Positions 55,210 through 64,000 of a stretch of DNA of 64,000 nt are shown in pieces (the stretch's first letter is position 1; each line of letters starts with the position of its first letter). A model generated the notes under the pieces. That model had not been told where the DNA came from. It saw only the letters and a program-made list of their open reading frames with translations, and searched no databases. The DNA lies in assembly GCA_029775855.1 (NCBI GenBank), contig JARVJZ010000001.1, positions 96,001 through 160,000 on the forward strand, in the 5' to 3' direction. The position numbers were made by a program, and so were the translations under genes. Source of the stretch: Nitrososphaeria archaeon. GTDB lineage: Archaea; Thermoproteota; Nitrososphaeria; Nitrososphaerales; JAAOZN01.

Positions 55210-57303
55210 TTGGTTTTAGAGGAGATCAGCACAAACTGCCGCGGTTGCGGACATGGAGGATGCGGTATCATAGTCAAGGTTGAAGATGGTAAGATAGTAG
55301 GTATAAAAGGCGATGAAACACACCCAATAAGCAAAGGCTACATATGCATAAAAGCATATGCAGCAGTAGAGCAACTTAACCACCCAAGTAGGCTTAGACA
55401 TCCTTTAAGACGAATAGGGCCAAAATCTTCAGGGAAATGGGAAGAGATCACTTGGAATGAAGCTATAGATGTTGTTGCTACAAAGCTGAAGGAAATAGCC
55501 GAGGAATCCGGACCTGAAAGCGTGGTTTTTATGCATGGGACTGGTAGAGACTACTTCCACTTTATGAATAGATTCACTAACCTCTTTGGCTCACCTAACT
55601 ATGTGACTAATGGGCATATGTGCTATATCCCAAGGCTTGCGTTGACTAAAGTTCTGGGTTTAAGCAGCCTACCTATAGTTGATTACGACGCATCACCAAA
55701 ATGTGTGCTTGTATGGGGAAGCAATAGCGTAATCTCAAACCCAGACGAATACATTGGTATCAATTTGACGCTAAATCTAAAGAAAGGAGCAAAGATGATT
55801 GTAGTAGATCCAAGAAAGACCAGATTAGCAAGTAGTGCTAACATCTGGCTCCAGATAAGACCTTCTACAGATTTAGTACTTGCATTAGGTATGATTAAGT
55901 ATATAATTGATAGAGAACTTTACGATAAGAACTTTGTAGAACATTACACCATAGGTCTCAAAGATCTAAAGATACATGTCTCAAGATATACGCCGCAGTT
56001 AGTTGAAGAGATCACTTGGATTCCACGGGATAAGATGGAAGAGGCTGCAGAAATGTATGCGACGACTAAACCCGCAGCAATACATTGGGGTGTGGGGATA
56101 GAGCAGAACATAAACTGCATAGGTATAGATGCAGCCTTAATGTATCTTGTCGCCTTAACTGGAAACCTAGATGTTCCAGGTGGCAACGTACTCTTTGATT
56201 CCCCTCCAATAGTTGGCTATCGCGACTTCGGTCTGCCAGATAAGCTGCCTGAGGAGAAAAAGCAGAAGAGGATTGGTGGGCAAGAATATAAGCTCCTTGA
56301 CTCGGTAGGCAGATGTCCACCCTATGCTGTATGGGATGCAATCATTGAGGGAAGACCGTATAAAGTTAGGGCATTGTATATTGCCGGTTCAAACCCTCTT
56401 GTTGTAAGAGAAAATACCGCAAGAGTAAGAGAAGCTCTAGAAAAAGTAGAGTTCATGGTGGTTGCGGACATGTTCAAGACACCTACGGCAGAATACGCCG
56501 ACATAATACTGCCTGTGGCATCTTGGCTCGAATACAACACAATAGGAGACTATTGGAAGAGCCACGGCTATGTCTTCGCTAGGAAAAAGATCGTTGATAA
56601 CTCTGAATGCTGGTCTGATTTAAAGATCTTTAACGAGCTAGGGAAAAGGCTTTACCCAGAATACTTCTGGAATGACCCAGACGACGCGCTAAATTACATT
56701 CTAAGTCCAGCAAAGGTTACATGGGTAGAGTTCGCTAAGTTAGGCTACCTAAGGGGGCGAGTAGAATATCGTAAGTATATTAAAGTTGGATTTAATACAA
56801 AATCTGGTAAATTCGAATTTTATCCAGAGAAGTTTAAGGAATGGGGGCTAGGACCACTGCCAGAATATCAGGAGAACCCAGAAACGCCTCTAAGTGCGTC
56901 TGCGTTGGCTGAGCGCTACCCCTATATGCTGATTACGGGAGGAAGAAGCATAGAATATTTCAACTCGGAAGGCAGGCAGCTGAAGACCCTAAGACGAAGC
57001 CATCCAGACCCTATAGTTGAGATAAACCCAGCAACCGCGAATAAGCACGGCATTAAAGATGGTGATTGGGTTATAGTAGAGAATCATAGGGGCTCTGTAA
57101 AGATGAAGGCAAGATTGACTGAAGGCATAGATCCAAGAGTTATACACGCTGAGCATGGTTGGTGGTTTCCAGAGATCGAAACCCCTGACCACGGCTACCA
57201 GATATCAAACATTAACCTTCTGACAGATGATAGGCCTCCAGTAGACCCATTAATGGGCTCTACACGCCTAAAATCTTTACTATGTAATATAAGGAAGGCT
57301 TAG
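55210..57303 (+). CDS. Mo/W-bisPGD enzyme, acetylene-hydratase-like subfamily, cytoplasmic
   Basis: CRGCGHGGC...ICIKA [4Fe-4S] motif, GHMCY, ALTGNLDVPGG, TAEYADIILP, EHGWWFPE; no Tat signal. Confidence 0.85.
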   Translation: MVLEEISTNCRGCGHGGCGIIVKVEDGKIVGIKGDETHPISKGYICIKAYAAVEQLNHPSRLRHPLRRIGPKSSGKWEEITWNEAIDVVATKLKEIAEESGPESVVFMHGTGRDYFHFMNRFTNLFGSPNYVTNGHMCYIPRLALTKVLGLSSLPIVDYDASPKCVLVWGSNSVISNPDEYIGINLTLNLKKGAKMIVVDPRKTRLASSANIWLQIRPSTDLVLALGMIKYIIDRELYDKNFVEHYTIGLKDLKIHVSRYTPQLVEEITWIPRDKMEEAAEMYATTKPAAIHWGVGIEQNINCIGIDAALMYLVALTGNLDVPGGNVLFDSPPIVGYRDFGLPDKLPEEKKQKRIGGQEYKLLDSVGRCPPYAVWDAIIEGRPYKVRALYIAGSNPLVVRENTARVREALEKVEFMVVADMFKTPTAEYADIILPVASWLEYNTIGDYWKSHGYVFARKKIVDNSECWSDLKIFNELGKRLYPEYFWNDPDDALNYILSPAKVTWVEFAKLGYLRGRVEYRKYIKVGFNTKSGKFEFYPEKFKEWGLGPLPEYQENPETPLSASALAERYPYMLITGGRSIEYFNSEGRQLKTLRRSHPDPIVEINPATANKHGIKDGDWVIVENHRGSVKMKARLTEGIDPRVIHAEHGWWFPEIETPDHGYQISNINLLTDDRPPVDPLMGSTRLKSLLCNIRKA

Positions 57304-57812
57304 ACTATATGCTTGATTCGCCGCCATATAACTGCAGCAATCAAACCCGCAATAAAACCATTAACAATTCCACCTAATAGAATCATAGCATCAACCATAG
57401 GATTTGGTGGCATAAACTCCATAAGATAAACTGCAAGATAGTAGCTTACAAAGCCAGTCAAAGCTGTTGCGACAGAGGTTGCAGCCAAGAGTCTTCTAAG
57501 CCTAACGTCACCGCTGAAGCTCTTGGCCTTAAACACATTAACAAATAAATCTATTAACACGCCGAAGTAAATTGAGACCGCGAGGCTTAGAGGCGCAAAG
57601 CTAGGACGCCATAATGTAATTAAAAGACCACTTACTGTTGCTGTAGACGTACCTCCTAATCTAGGTAGGATAAGTGATGCTAACGTTAGGATAGTTGCTT
57701 GAGGTAAGATCACAGCCTTATCAAAAGGAGTTGGGATAAAGACCTTTGATACAAATATTATTCCAGCAAATATTGCTGCGAGGGCTATTCTACGCGCTGA
57801 AATTCTACTCAT
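57300..57812 (-). CDS. Membrane protein, ECF S-component-like
   Basis: RRIALAAIFAGI N-terminus, ~5-6 TM helices. Confidence 0.65.
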   Translation of the reverse strand: MSRISARRIALAAIFAGIIFVSKVFIPTPFDKAVILPQATILTLASLILPRLGGTSTATVSGLLITLWRPSFAPLSLAVSIYFGVLIDLFVNVFKAKSFSGDVRLRRLLAATSVATALTGFVSYYLAVYLMEFMPPNPMVDAMILLGGIVNGFIAGLIAAVIWRRIKHIV

Positions 57813-57837
57813 ATTTGAAGTCTCCTTTTTGAGCGGT

Positions 57838-58047
57838 TTATAGTTTTTTAGCTAGGTTTAAATAGGCTTCACTTTCGTTTCTGCCTCTGCCCTCCAACTT
57901 ACATGCTTCGCAAGTCAAAACTACGTATTCAAGCATGAAAGGGTTGCCTTTTTTAGGAGGGTAGTAGTGCTCCACGAGTTTGAGCTCACCACCACACTTT
58001 GCACAGGGGTAGTAAGAGGTTGTTGTCATAGTATACTCTTCCTTCAA
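57838..58047 (-). CDS. Small zinc-ribbon protein
   Basis: CAKCGG...CEAC. Confidence 0.7.
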   Translation of the reverse strand: MKEEYTMTTTSYYPCAKCGGELKLVEHYYPPKKGNPFMLEYVVLTCEACKLEGRGRNESEAYLNLAKKL

Positions 58048-58149
58048 GACACTTAGAATATCTTACCTCTACTATATAAGATTAGCATCTTAGTATTGTT
58101 CACACTACCGTAAGAAATATATCCTATATAATTATAGTTAATAGTGTAA

Positions 58150-60039
58150 GTGGTCTATTTGGGGGCAGAATTCGGCGGCTTTATGGGTCAGATTCTAAAG
58201 GTTAACCTCTCCACCAGCAAAATCGTTAAAACAGATCTGCCCAGCGAATGGCCTCGAGCTTATGTGGGTGGAGTAGGATTTGGTGCGAGAATACTATATG
58301 ATGAGGTATGCCCTTGGGTTTCCCCCTTTGATCCAGACAACAGACTGATATTTACTCAAGGCCCACTTTCAGGCACATTTACCCCAACTGCCTCCAGATA
58401 TACTGTAGTCACTAAATCTCCTTTAACAGGGTACTTCGGCGACGCTAGCGGAGGAGGCTTCTTCCCAGCAGAGTTAAAGAAGTGCGGATATGATGCTATA
58501 GTCTTAACTGGGCGTGCAACTAAGCCTTCCCTTCTGCTTTTATCAGATGGCAGCTATGAGCTAAGAGATGCTTCAGCATACTGGGGTATGAATGCTAGAG
58601 AAGCGGAGAGAGCAATAGTAAACGATCTAGGCGACAAATCCTACAAAGCTTGCACAATAGGAAGAGCTGGAGAAAGGTTAGTTAGATTCGCAGCAATAAT
58701 GAACGACGAAGCTGATAGAGCAGCAGCTCGATGCGGGGTAGGTGCGGTCATGGGCTCTAAGAACCTCAAAGCAATAGTTGTAAAAGGCTACAAGCAGCCA
58801 AAAGTCGCAGACGCAAATGCATTAAAGAACCTACTCGTAGAAATAACCAACTACGTAAAAACTAACAAGAACGTTGTAGGGTTCACAAAAGGCGGCACAC
58901 CCGGAGCATTCACCTTCTTCTATCAGCTGGGGGACGTGCCTATACATAACTGGAGCAGCTCATCCTTCGGCCCATCAGACGCCTACGTTGAGAAAGTGGC
59001 TTATCCAGGAGGCTATGAGAGAATACTACTAAGGAATAGGACGTGCTATGCTTGCCCAATAAGTTGTCGACGAGTATCTAAAGGCATAGATGGGCTATAC
59101 GGTGTTGAAGAAGGCGTAGAGGGGCCTGAATATGAGACAGTCGCCTCATTTGGGCCTAACTGCGGGATTTCCGAGCCTGAAATAATCGCTAAAGCAAACA
59201 ACCTTTGCAACGAATATGGGTTAGATACCATCTCTGCTGGTGGTGTGATAGCTTTTGCTATGGAATGCTTTGAGAAAGGGATACTAAGCGAAGAAGACAC
59301 AAAAGGTGTTAAACTCCGATTTGGTGAAGGTGAAGCCCTTTTAGATGTTCTCAGAATGATAGGTGAAAGGGAAGGAATTGGCAACCTATTAGCCGAAGGT
59401 GTAAGAAGAGCCGCTGCGGCAATAGGCAAAGGGGCAGAAGATTACGCTATACACGTTAAAGGGTTGGAGATAGCTATGCACGACCCTAGAGCATTCCAAG
59501 GCGGTGGTGTACATTACGCTTGCACGCCAACAGGAGGCAGACATACTGAGGGTCTAAGCATAATTAAAGAACTTAAGACCAGATTCTCTACCGAAGGAAA
59601 AGGTAAGCTGGTGAAGGAGGTTGAGGATTGGGATGCGTTTGTTCAAGCATCTGGTTGGTGCCTCTTTGTGGTTGATGCAAGAGGATATCCTTCAAATGAG
59701 CATCTAATTAAAGTCTTTAACGCGGTTACAGGATTCAACCTCACTTTAGGTGATGCGATGCTGCTCGGAGAAAAGATCTTTAATCTAAAAAAGGCTTTCA
59801 ATGTGAAACACGGATGCAGTAGGAGCGAAGACACATTACCTCAGAGGCTTCTGACATTACCTACCAAGGCTGGTGCTGTAGTTAAGTTAAATGAACTTCT
59901 CCCACAGTATTACGAAGCTAGAAGATGGGATGCTGGAACAAGCAAACCAACAAAAGCATTACTACAGTCCCTGGGGTTGAATGATGTTGCAACTGATCTT
60001 TGGGGAGTTGACAGCAGCGCCTTAGAGCCTAAGGTTTGA
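58150..60039 (+). CDS. aor: Aldehyde:ferredoxin oxidoreductase family (tungstopterin)
   Basis: KSPLTG, GAVMGSKNLKA, CYACPISC, EGPEYET, GLDTISAG, VKGLE..HDPR. Confidence 0.94.
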   Translation: MVYLGAEFGGFMGQILKVNLSTSKIVKTDLPSEWPRAYVGGVGFGARILYDEVCPWVSPFDPDNRLIFTQGPLSGTFTPTASRYTVVTKSPLTGYFGDASGGGFFPAELKKCGYDAIVLTGRATKPSLLLLSDGSYELRDASAYWGMNAREAERAIVNDLGDKSYKACTIGRAGERLVRFAAIMNDEADRAAARCGVGAVMGSKNLKAIVVKGYKQPKVADANALKNLLVEITNYVKTNKNVVGFTKGGTPGAFTFFYQLGDVPIHNWSSSSFGPSDAYVEKVAYPGGYERILLRNRTCYACPISCRRVSKGIDGLYGVEEGVEGPEYETVASFGPNCGISEPEIIAKANNLCNEYGLDTISAGGVIAFAMECFEKGILSEEDTKGVKLRFGEGEALLDVLRMIGEREGIGNLLAEGVRRAAAAIGKGAEDYAIHVKGLEIAMHDPRAFQGGGVHYACTPTGGRHTEGLSIIKELKTRFSTEGKGKLVKEVEDWDAFVQASGWCLFVVDARGYPSNEHLIKVFNAVTGFNLTLGDAMLLGEKIFNLKKAFNVKHGCSRSEDTLPQRLLTLPTKAGAVVKLNELLPQYYEARRWDAGTSKPTKALLQSLGLNDVATDLWGVDSSALEPKV

Positions 60040-61087
60040 TTACCGCTCTACCCTTAACTTCACCGCTACGCAGCTTCGCTAGAGCTTCATTCGCTTCTTC
60101 TAGTCTGAATGATGTCGAGATAACTGGTTTTACCACCCCTCTGTTTGTGAGCTGAAGTATCTCGTTAAGATCTGTCAGTGTACCAGTGTAGCTACCCACT
60201 ATGTCCAACGCCAGTATTGGTAAGAGCGGTATCTGCATCTTAAGTATCCCCCCAAAGAGACCTACAACAACGAGCCTACCACCTTTTACAAGTATTTTCA
60301 CGGCGTTTTCAACGGTCTGAGTACTCCCAACAAAATCTATCACCGCATTAGCCCTCTTACCAAGTGCTTGCTTCATAACGGCGCCAATATCATCTTTAGA
60401 AGAGTTTATTGTAAAGTCTGCGCCGAGCGATTTGGCATACTCCAGTTTTCTATCATCGATATCCAAACTAACAATAGTAGCTCCACTCAAGGCCTTAGCA
60501 AGTTGAATAGCCATTCCACCAACACCACCAGCACCTATTATAGCAAGCACGTCGTCAGGAGCCACTCTAGCCTTCTTCAAAGCATGCAACGCAGTTATGC
60601 CCGAGCAAGCTAGAACACCAGCTTCCTCAGGCTTCAATCCATCATATTTTAGTACATAGCGTGGATCTGGAACCAAGACATACTCCGCATATCCTCCGTC
60701 AGCATACACTCCTAGAGCGTTAGGTCTCTCACAGAGGTTATCAAATCCAGCCCTACAAGCTCTGCATACTCCGCAGCCTATCCAAGGATAGACGACGACA
60801 GTGTCACCTACTTCGAAGGCTGATACCGCTCTTCCTTTAGCCTCAATCCTGCCAGCAATCTCATGTCCTAAGGTTAATGGAAGTCTTATCCTTCTATCTC
60901 GTATGACTAATCTTTCCTCTTCTCTTGCGCCGTAATATCCTTCTGCCAGGTGTATGTCACTATGGCACACTCCACAAGCATCAACCTTAACCAGCACGTT
61001 ATTGTCTAGAACTTGTGGTAAGTCGCTTTCCATAAGCTGAAGCGGTTTACCAAACTCCTGGAGTTTCATAGCCTTCATAAAGACCAT
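60029..61087 (-). CDS. Zn-dependent medium-chain alcohol dehydrogenase (NAD-type)
   Basis: CHSD, GHEIAG, CGVCRAC..C, GAGGVG, LDID. Confidence 0.94.
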   Translation of the reverse strand: MVFMKAMKLQEFGKPLQLMESDLPQVLDNNVLVKVDACGVCHSDIHLAEGYYGAREEERLVIRDRRIRLPLTLGHEIAGRIEAKGRAVSAFEVGDTVVVYPWIGCGVCRACRAGFDNLCERPNALGVYADGGYAEYVLVPDPRYVLKYDGLKPEEAGVLACSGITALHALKKARVAPDDVLAIIGAGGVGGMAIQLAKALSGATIVSLDIDDRKLEYAKSLGADFTINSSKDDIGAVMKQALGKRANAVIDFVGSTQTVENAVKILVKGGRLVVVGLFGGILKMQIPLLPILALDIVGSYTGTLTDLNEILQLTNRGVVKPVISTSFRLEEANEALAKLRSGEVKGRAVIKP

Positions 61088-61195
61088 AATTTTTATACGC
61101 CACCCTATAGTTTAAACATTTCTTTTCTACTAACCATTAATTAAATTCTTGCTTATATTTAGCAACCTTGTATTGCGCGGTTATAATTAAAATCT

Positions 61196-61221
61196 ATTAA
61201 GAATAAATTTATATTCTTAAT
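61196..61221. promoter_or_regulatory. Palindromic operator overlapping the TATA box of abfD
   Basis: ATTAAGAATA-N6-TATTCTTAAT perfect 10-bp inverted repeat. Confidence 0.55.
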
Positions 61222-61238
61222 CGTTCTAAATATATCAT

Positions 61239-62720
61239 ATGCCTATTCGTTCGGGCGCAGAGTACATAGAAAGCCTGCGTAAACGCAAGCTCAAGGTCTA
61301 CTACTTAGGTCAGCTAATAGAGAATCCAGTTGACCACCCGGTTATAAGACCTTCTATAAATGCTGTAGCAGAAACATACGACCTTGCTAACAGAGAGCCT
61401 GAGTTAGGTAGCGCCCACTCATCGCTGATCGGCAAAAAGGTCAACAGATTTCTACATATTACAGAAAGCGCTGAAGATGTAGTGCTTCAAAATAAGATGC
61501 AAAGGCGACTAGGGCAGCTGACTGGAACTTGCTTCCAGCGATGCGTAGGTATGGATGCGTTAAACTCGCTCTACTCAGTAACTTATGAGATAGATGAGAA
61601 ATACAAAACTGAGTATCATAAACGCTTCATAGACTTTGTAAGATACGTGCAAGAAGAAAACCTTGTAATAGGAGGAGCTATGACTGATCCAAAAGGGGAC
61701 AGAAGCGTCAGCCCATCAAAGCAAATCGATCCAGACCTATTTCTGCACGTGGTCAAGAAGACTGATGAAGGAATAGTCATTAGAGGTGCAAAGGCTCATC
61801 AAACAGGCTGCATAAACTCACATTGGCTCATCTTCATGCCCACACAACGGCTAGAACCAGGTGAAGAAGATTACGCCGTGAGCTGCGCTGTGCCAGTAGA
61901 TGCGCCAGGCTTAACCTACATTTATGGGCGGCAAGCGTGTGACACAAGAATAGTTGATGGTGGAGAAATTGACGCAGGTAACTCGATGTATTCTGGTCAA
62001 GAGGCTCTTATTGTAGTTGAAGATGTCTTTGTTCCTTGGAAATACGTCTTTATGTGCGGGGAGATAGAGTTTGTTCCAATACTTGTCGACCGCTTCACAG
62101 CTTATCATCGAAGGAGCTATGTATGCAAAACTGGAGTTGGCGATGTGCTTATAGGAGCTGCTGCTTTAGTAGCAGATTATAATGGGGTTGGCGATAAAAG
62201 CCACATAAAAGAGAAGCTCGTAGAAATGGCACACCTCAACGAAACCATCTACGGCACAGGCATAGCATCATCCTTTCTATCCTATAAGACCAAGGCAGGC
62301 AATTGGCAGTGTGACAGTATGCTCGCTAATGTGTGTAAGCATAATGTTACACGCTTCCCATATGAGATCGCACGCCTCGCTCAAGACCTTGCTGGAGGAA
62401 TAGTGGTGACACTACCATCTGAAAAGGATCTCAGAAACCCCGAAACTGGGCATCTTCTAAGGAAGTTCTTTGCTACAAAAGAGAATGTCGATCCTGAGGA
62501 TAGGATGCGCATAATACGCTTGATAGAGAACATGACTATTGGGCGAAATGCTGTTGGGTATCTTACTGAATCGCTACACGGTGCAGGTTCTCCACAAGCG
62601 CAGAGAATAGTGATTTCTAGGCTTATGCAGATTGAGGAGAAGAAGAAGTTAGCTAAGCGGCTTGCTAAGATAAAGGATTTGGAGGAGCAGGTTAAAAAGG
62701 CTACGGCAAAAATAACTTAA
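61239..62720 (+). CDS. abfD: 4-hydroxybutyryl-CoA dehydratase
   Basis: CFQRCVGMD, MTDPKGDRS, GAKAHQTG, HRRSYVCKTG and ESLHGAGSP: all [4Fe-4S] ligands present. Confidence 0.94.
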   Translation: MPIRSGAEYIESLRKRKLKVYYLGQLIENPVDHPVIRPSINAVAETYDLANREPELGSAHSSLIGKKVNRFLHITESAEDVVLQNKMQRRLGQLTGTCFQRCVGMDALNSLYSVTYEIDEKYKTEYHKRFIDFVRYVQEENLVIGGAMTDPKGDRSVSPSKQIDPDLFLHVVKKTDEGIVIRGAKAHQTGCINSHWLIFMPTQRLEPGEEDYAVSCAVPVDAPGLTYIYGRQACDTRIVDGGEIDAGNSMYSGQEALIVVEDVFVPWKYVFMCGEIEFVPILVDRFTAYHRRSYVCKTGVGDVLIGAAALVADYNGVGDKSHIKEKLVEMAHLNETIYGTGIASSFLSYKTKAGNWQCDSMLANVCKHNVTRFPYEIARLAQDLAGGIVVTLPSEKDLRNPETGHLLRKFFATKENVDPEDRMRIIRLIENMTIGRNAVGYLTESLHGAGSPQAQRIVISRLMQIEEKKKLAKRLAKIKDLEEQVKKATAKIT

Positions 62721-62736
62721 TCTTTAAACCTACTTA

Positions 62737-63024
62737 CTAATGCGTAGAGATTCGCGCATCCATCACATAACTTATTACAAGGTCTTGTATTCTTATACAT
62801 GGTACGTTGAATTTCTTACAGTATTTTGCCAATTCATTGTCTAACGTTATCAGACAAACTTCGCCTTTCATCTTCATAAGATATTCCAAGATATCTGGGT
62901 CAGGTATGCTTACCCGTGAATCTTCGTCTCCTCGTATAAGCTTGGAAGCAGTTTCGCATTCAACACCTAGCTCTCGAAGCTCTTTGGCTAGACCGTAAAG
63001 CATCGCATCTACCATATACCTCAA
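62737..63024 (-). CDS. Mut7-C-type PIN domain protein
   Basis: MRYMVDAMLYGLAKELRELG...LITLDNEL. Confidence 0.8.
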   Translation of the reverse strand: MRYMVDAMLYGLAKELRELGVECETASKLIRGDEDSRVSIPDPDILEYLMKMKGEVCLITLDNELAKYCKKFNVPCIRIQDLVISYVMDARISTH

Positions 63025-63113
63025 TTTCTCTTTTCTTGGAGCTGGTTAGATGGTTATTTATCTTTCTGTTAAGGATGTGTTTCCTTTTTAAAGAAGTGTA
63101 TGCATGGATTAAC

Positions 63114-63605
63114 ATGATGGCTGGGTTAGACGACATAACTATAGTCCGCGACGTCCCTATGAAGCTGTTGAAGTTTACTGACTACTTTAAAGGTTTTGAA
63201 AAGGTTCCAGCTGTTAGGAGCCTGTTTGGTGATAAGACTGAAGAAGTTTTAGGTAATCTTAAAGTGGAGTTCTTCTCTTCACGCTTTGGCTACATGGGTG
63301 TAAGTGATGTTGACGGGCATCTTTTGGTAAGCACATATCATCTGAAGCATAGTGATGTGAAGACCCTCTATCTCGATATTATTCACGAACTCTACCATTT
63401 GAAGCAATTCTTAGAGGGGAAGCAGCTATTTAGCAGCGAAGTATCTTACGTCGACAACCCTATTGAAATAGAAGCTTATCGCTTTACAGTAGAAGAGGCT
63501 AAGAGAATAGGTTTAACTAAAGAAGAGATTATTGAATATCTGAAGGTAGACTGGATTAACGAAGAGGAGCATAAAAGGCTCATCAAGCGGTTAGGACTCG
63601 AATGA
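63114..63605 (+). CDS. Zincin-like metallopeptidase (HEXXH); likely start ATG 63114
   Basis: IIHELYHLKQ...DNPIEIEAY. Confidence 0.75.
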   Translation: MMAGLDDITIVRDVPMKLLKFTDYFKGFEKVPAVRSLFGDKTEEVLGNLKVEFFSSRFGYMGVSDVDGHLLVSTYHLKHSDVKTLYLDIIHELYHLKQFLEGKQLFSSEVSYVDNPIEIEAYRFTVEEAKRIGLTKEEIIEYLKVDWINEEEHKRLIKRLGLE

Positions 63606-64000
63606 GCCGCTTAAAATTATCTTATACCTAGAGGTCTTCCAAGCTACTTCATCCAAAGCTTTCTTAAACATCTCTTCGTCTTTCTCCCCGATTTCTCTAA
63701 AGACTCTAGCCGGTGAACCATATGCAACACATCTTTTCGGTATTTTTGTACCAGCTGTGACTAGACTTCCTGCACCTATTATGCTACCCTCTCCAATCTG
63801 CGCTCCATCTAGTATGACGGCACCTATCCCTATCAATACCCTACTCTCAACTATGCATCTATGAAGGAGAGATCTGTGGCTGACCAGCACTTCTTCAGCC
63901 AAATGAGCATCCTCTACAAAACATTGCTCCATAACAACGCTTCTACTGCCTATCTTCGTAACGCCACCTTCACCTTTAACCAGACATCCAAACCACACAG
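63591..64000 (-). CDS. Gamma carbonic anhydrase/hexapeptide-repeat protein (N-terminus outside window)
   Basis: VSHRSLLHRC, LIGIGAVILDGAQIGEGSIIGAGSLV, GSPARV. Confidence 0.88.
   Translation of the reverse strand, partial: VWFGCLVKGEGGVTKIGSRSVVMEQCFVEDAHLAEEVLVSHRSLLHRCIVESRVLIGIGAVILDGAQIGEGSIIGAGSLVTAGTKIPKRCVAYGSPARVFREIGEKDEEMFKKALDEVAWKTSRYKIILSGSFES

Noticed and set aside
144-62998. Numerous antisense/shadow ORFs in the six-frame track
   Set aside because: They lie opposite or inside well-supported genes and show no motifs.

Overview
Gene-dense archaeal chromosomal segment. TFB, aIF1, aRF1, pelota, L13e, class I LysRS, Elp3 and a 7S SRP RNA point to a TACK archaeon. Several features (chorismate mutase-aminotransferase fusion, HRRSYVCK-type 4-hydroxybutyryl-CoA dehydratase, many TTG starts) suggest Nitrososphaeria/Thaumarchaeota or a relative; this is inference. 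The left ~45 kb is mostly housekeeping: aromatic amino-acid biosynthesis, translation and transcription, tRNA modification, an ABC exporter, NfeD/SPFH, a KaiC-like module and a HydABC-like flavin/Fe-S oxidoreductase operon. The right ~18 kb is an anaerobic/heterotrophic accessory region (UbiD, RidA x2, ferritin, DUF917, two Thr-linker solute-binding proteins, a molybdopterin enzyme, AOR, ADH, 4HBD). There are four tRNAs. The standout is a tRNA-Leu(CAA) gene (~28947-29106) that folds only after removal of FOUR bulge-helix-bulge introns (9/10, 21/22, 30/31, 59/60). It also has a duplicated acceptor strand upstream and an intron antisense to its own anticodon arm. No CRISPR array, integrase or transposase was seen. 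All calls come from motif reading by eye, with no database searches.
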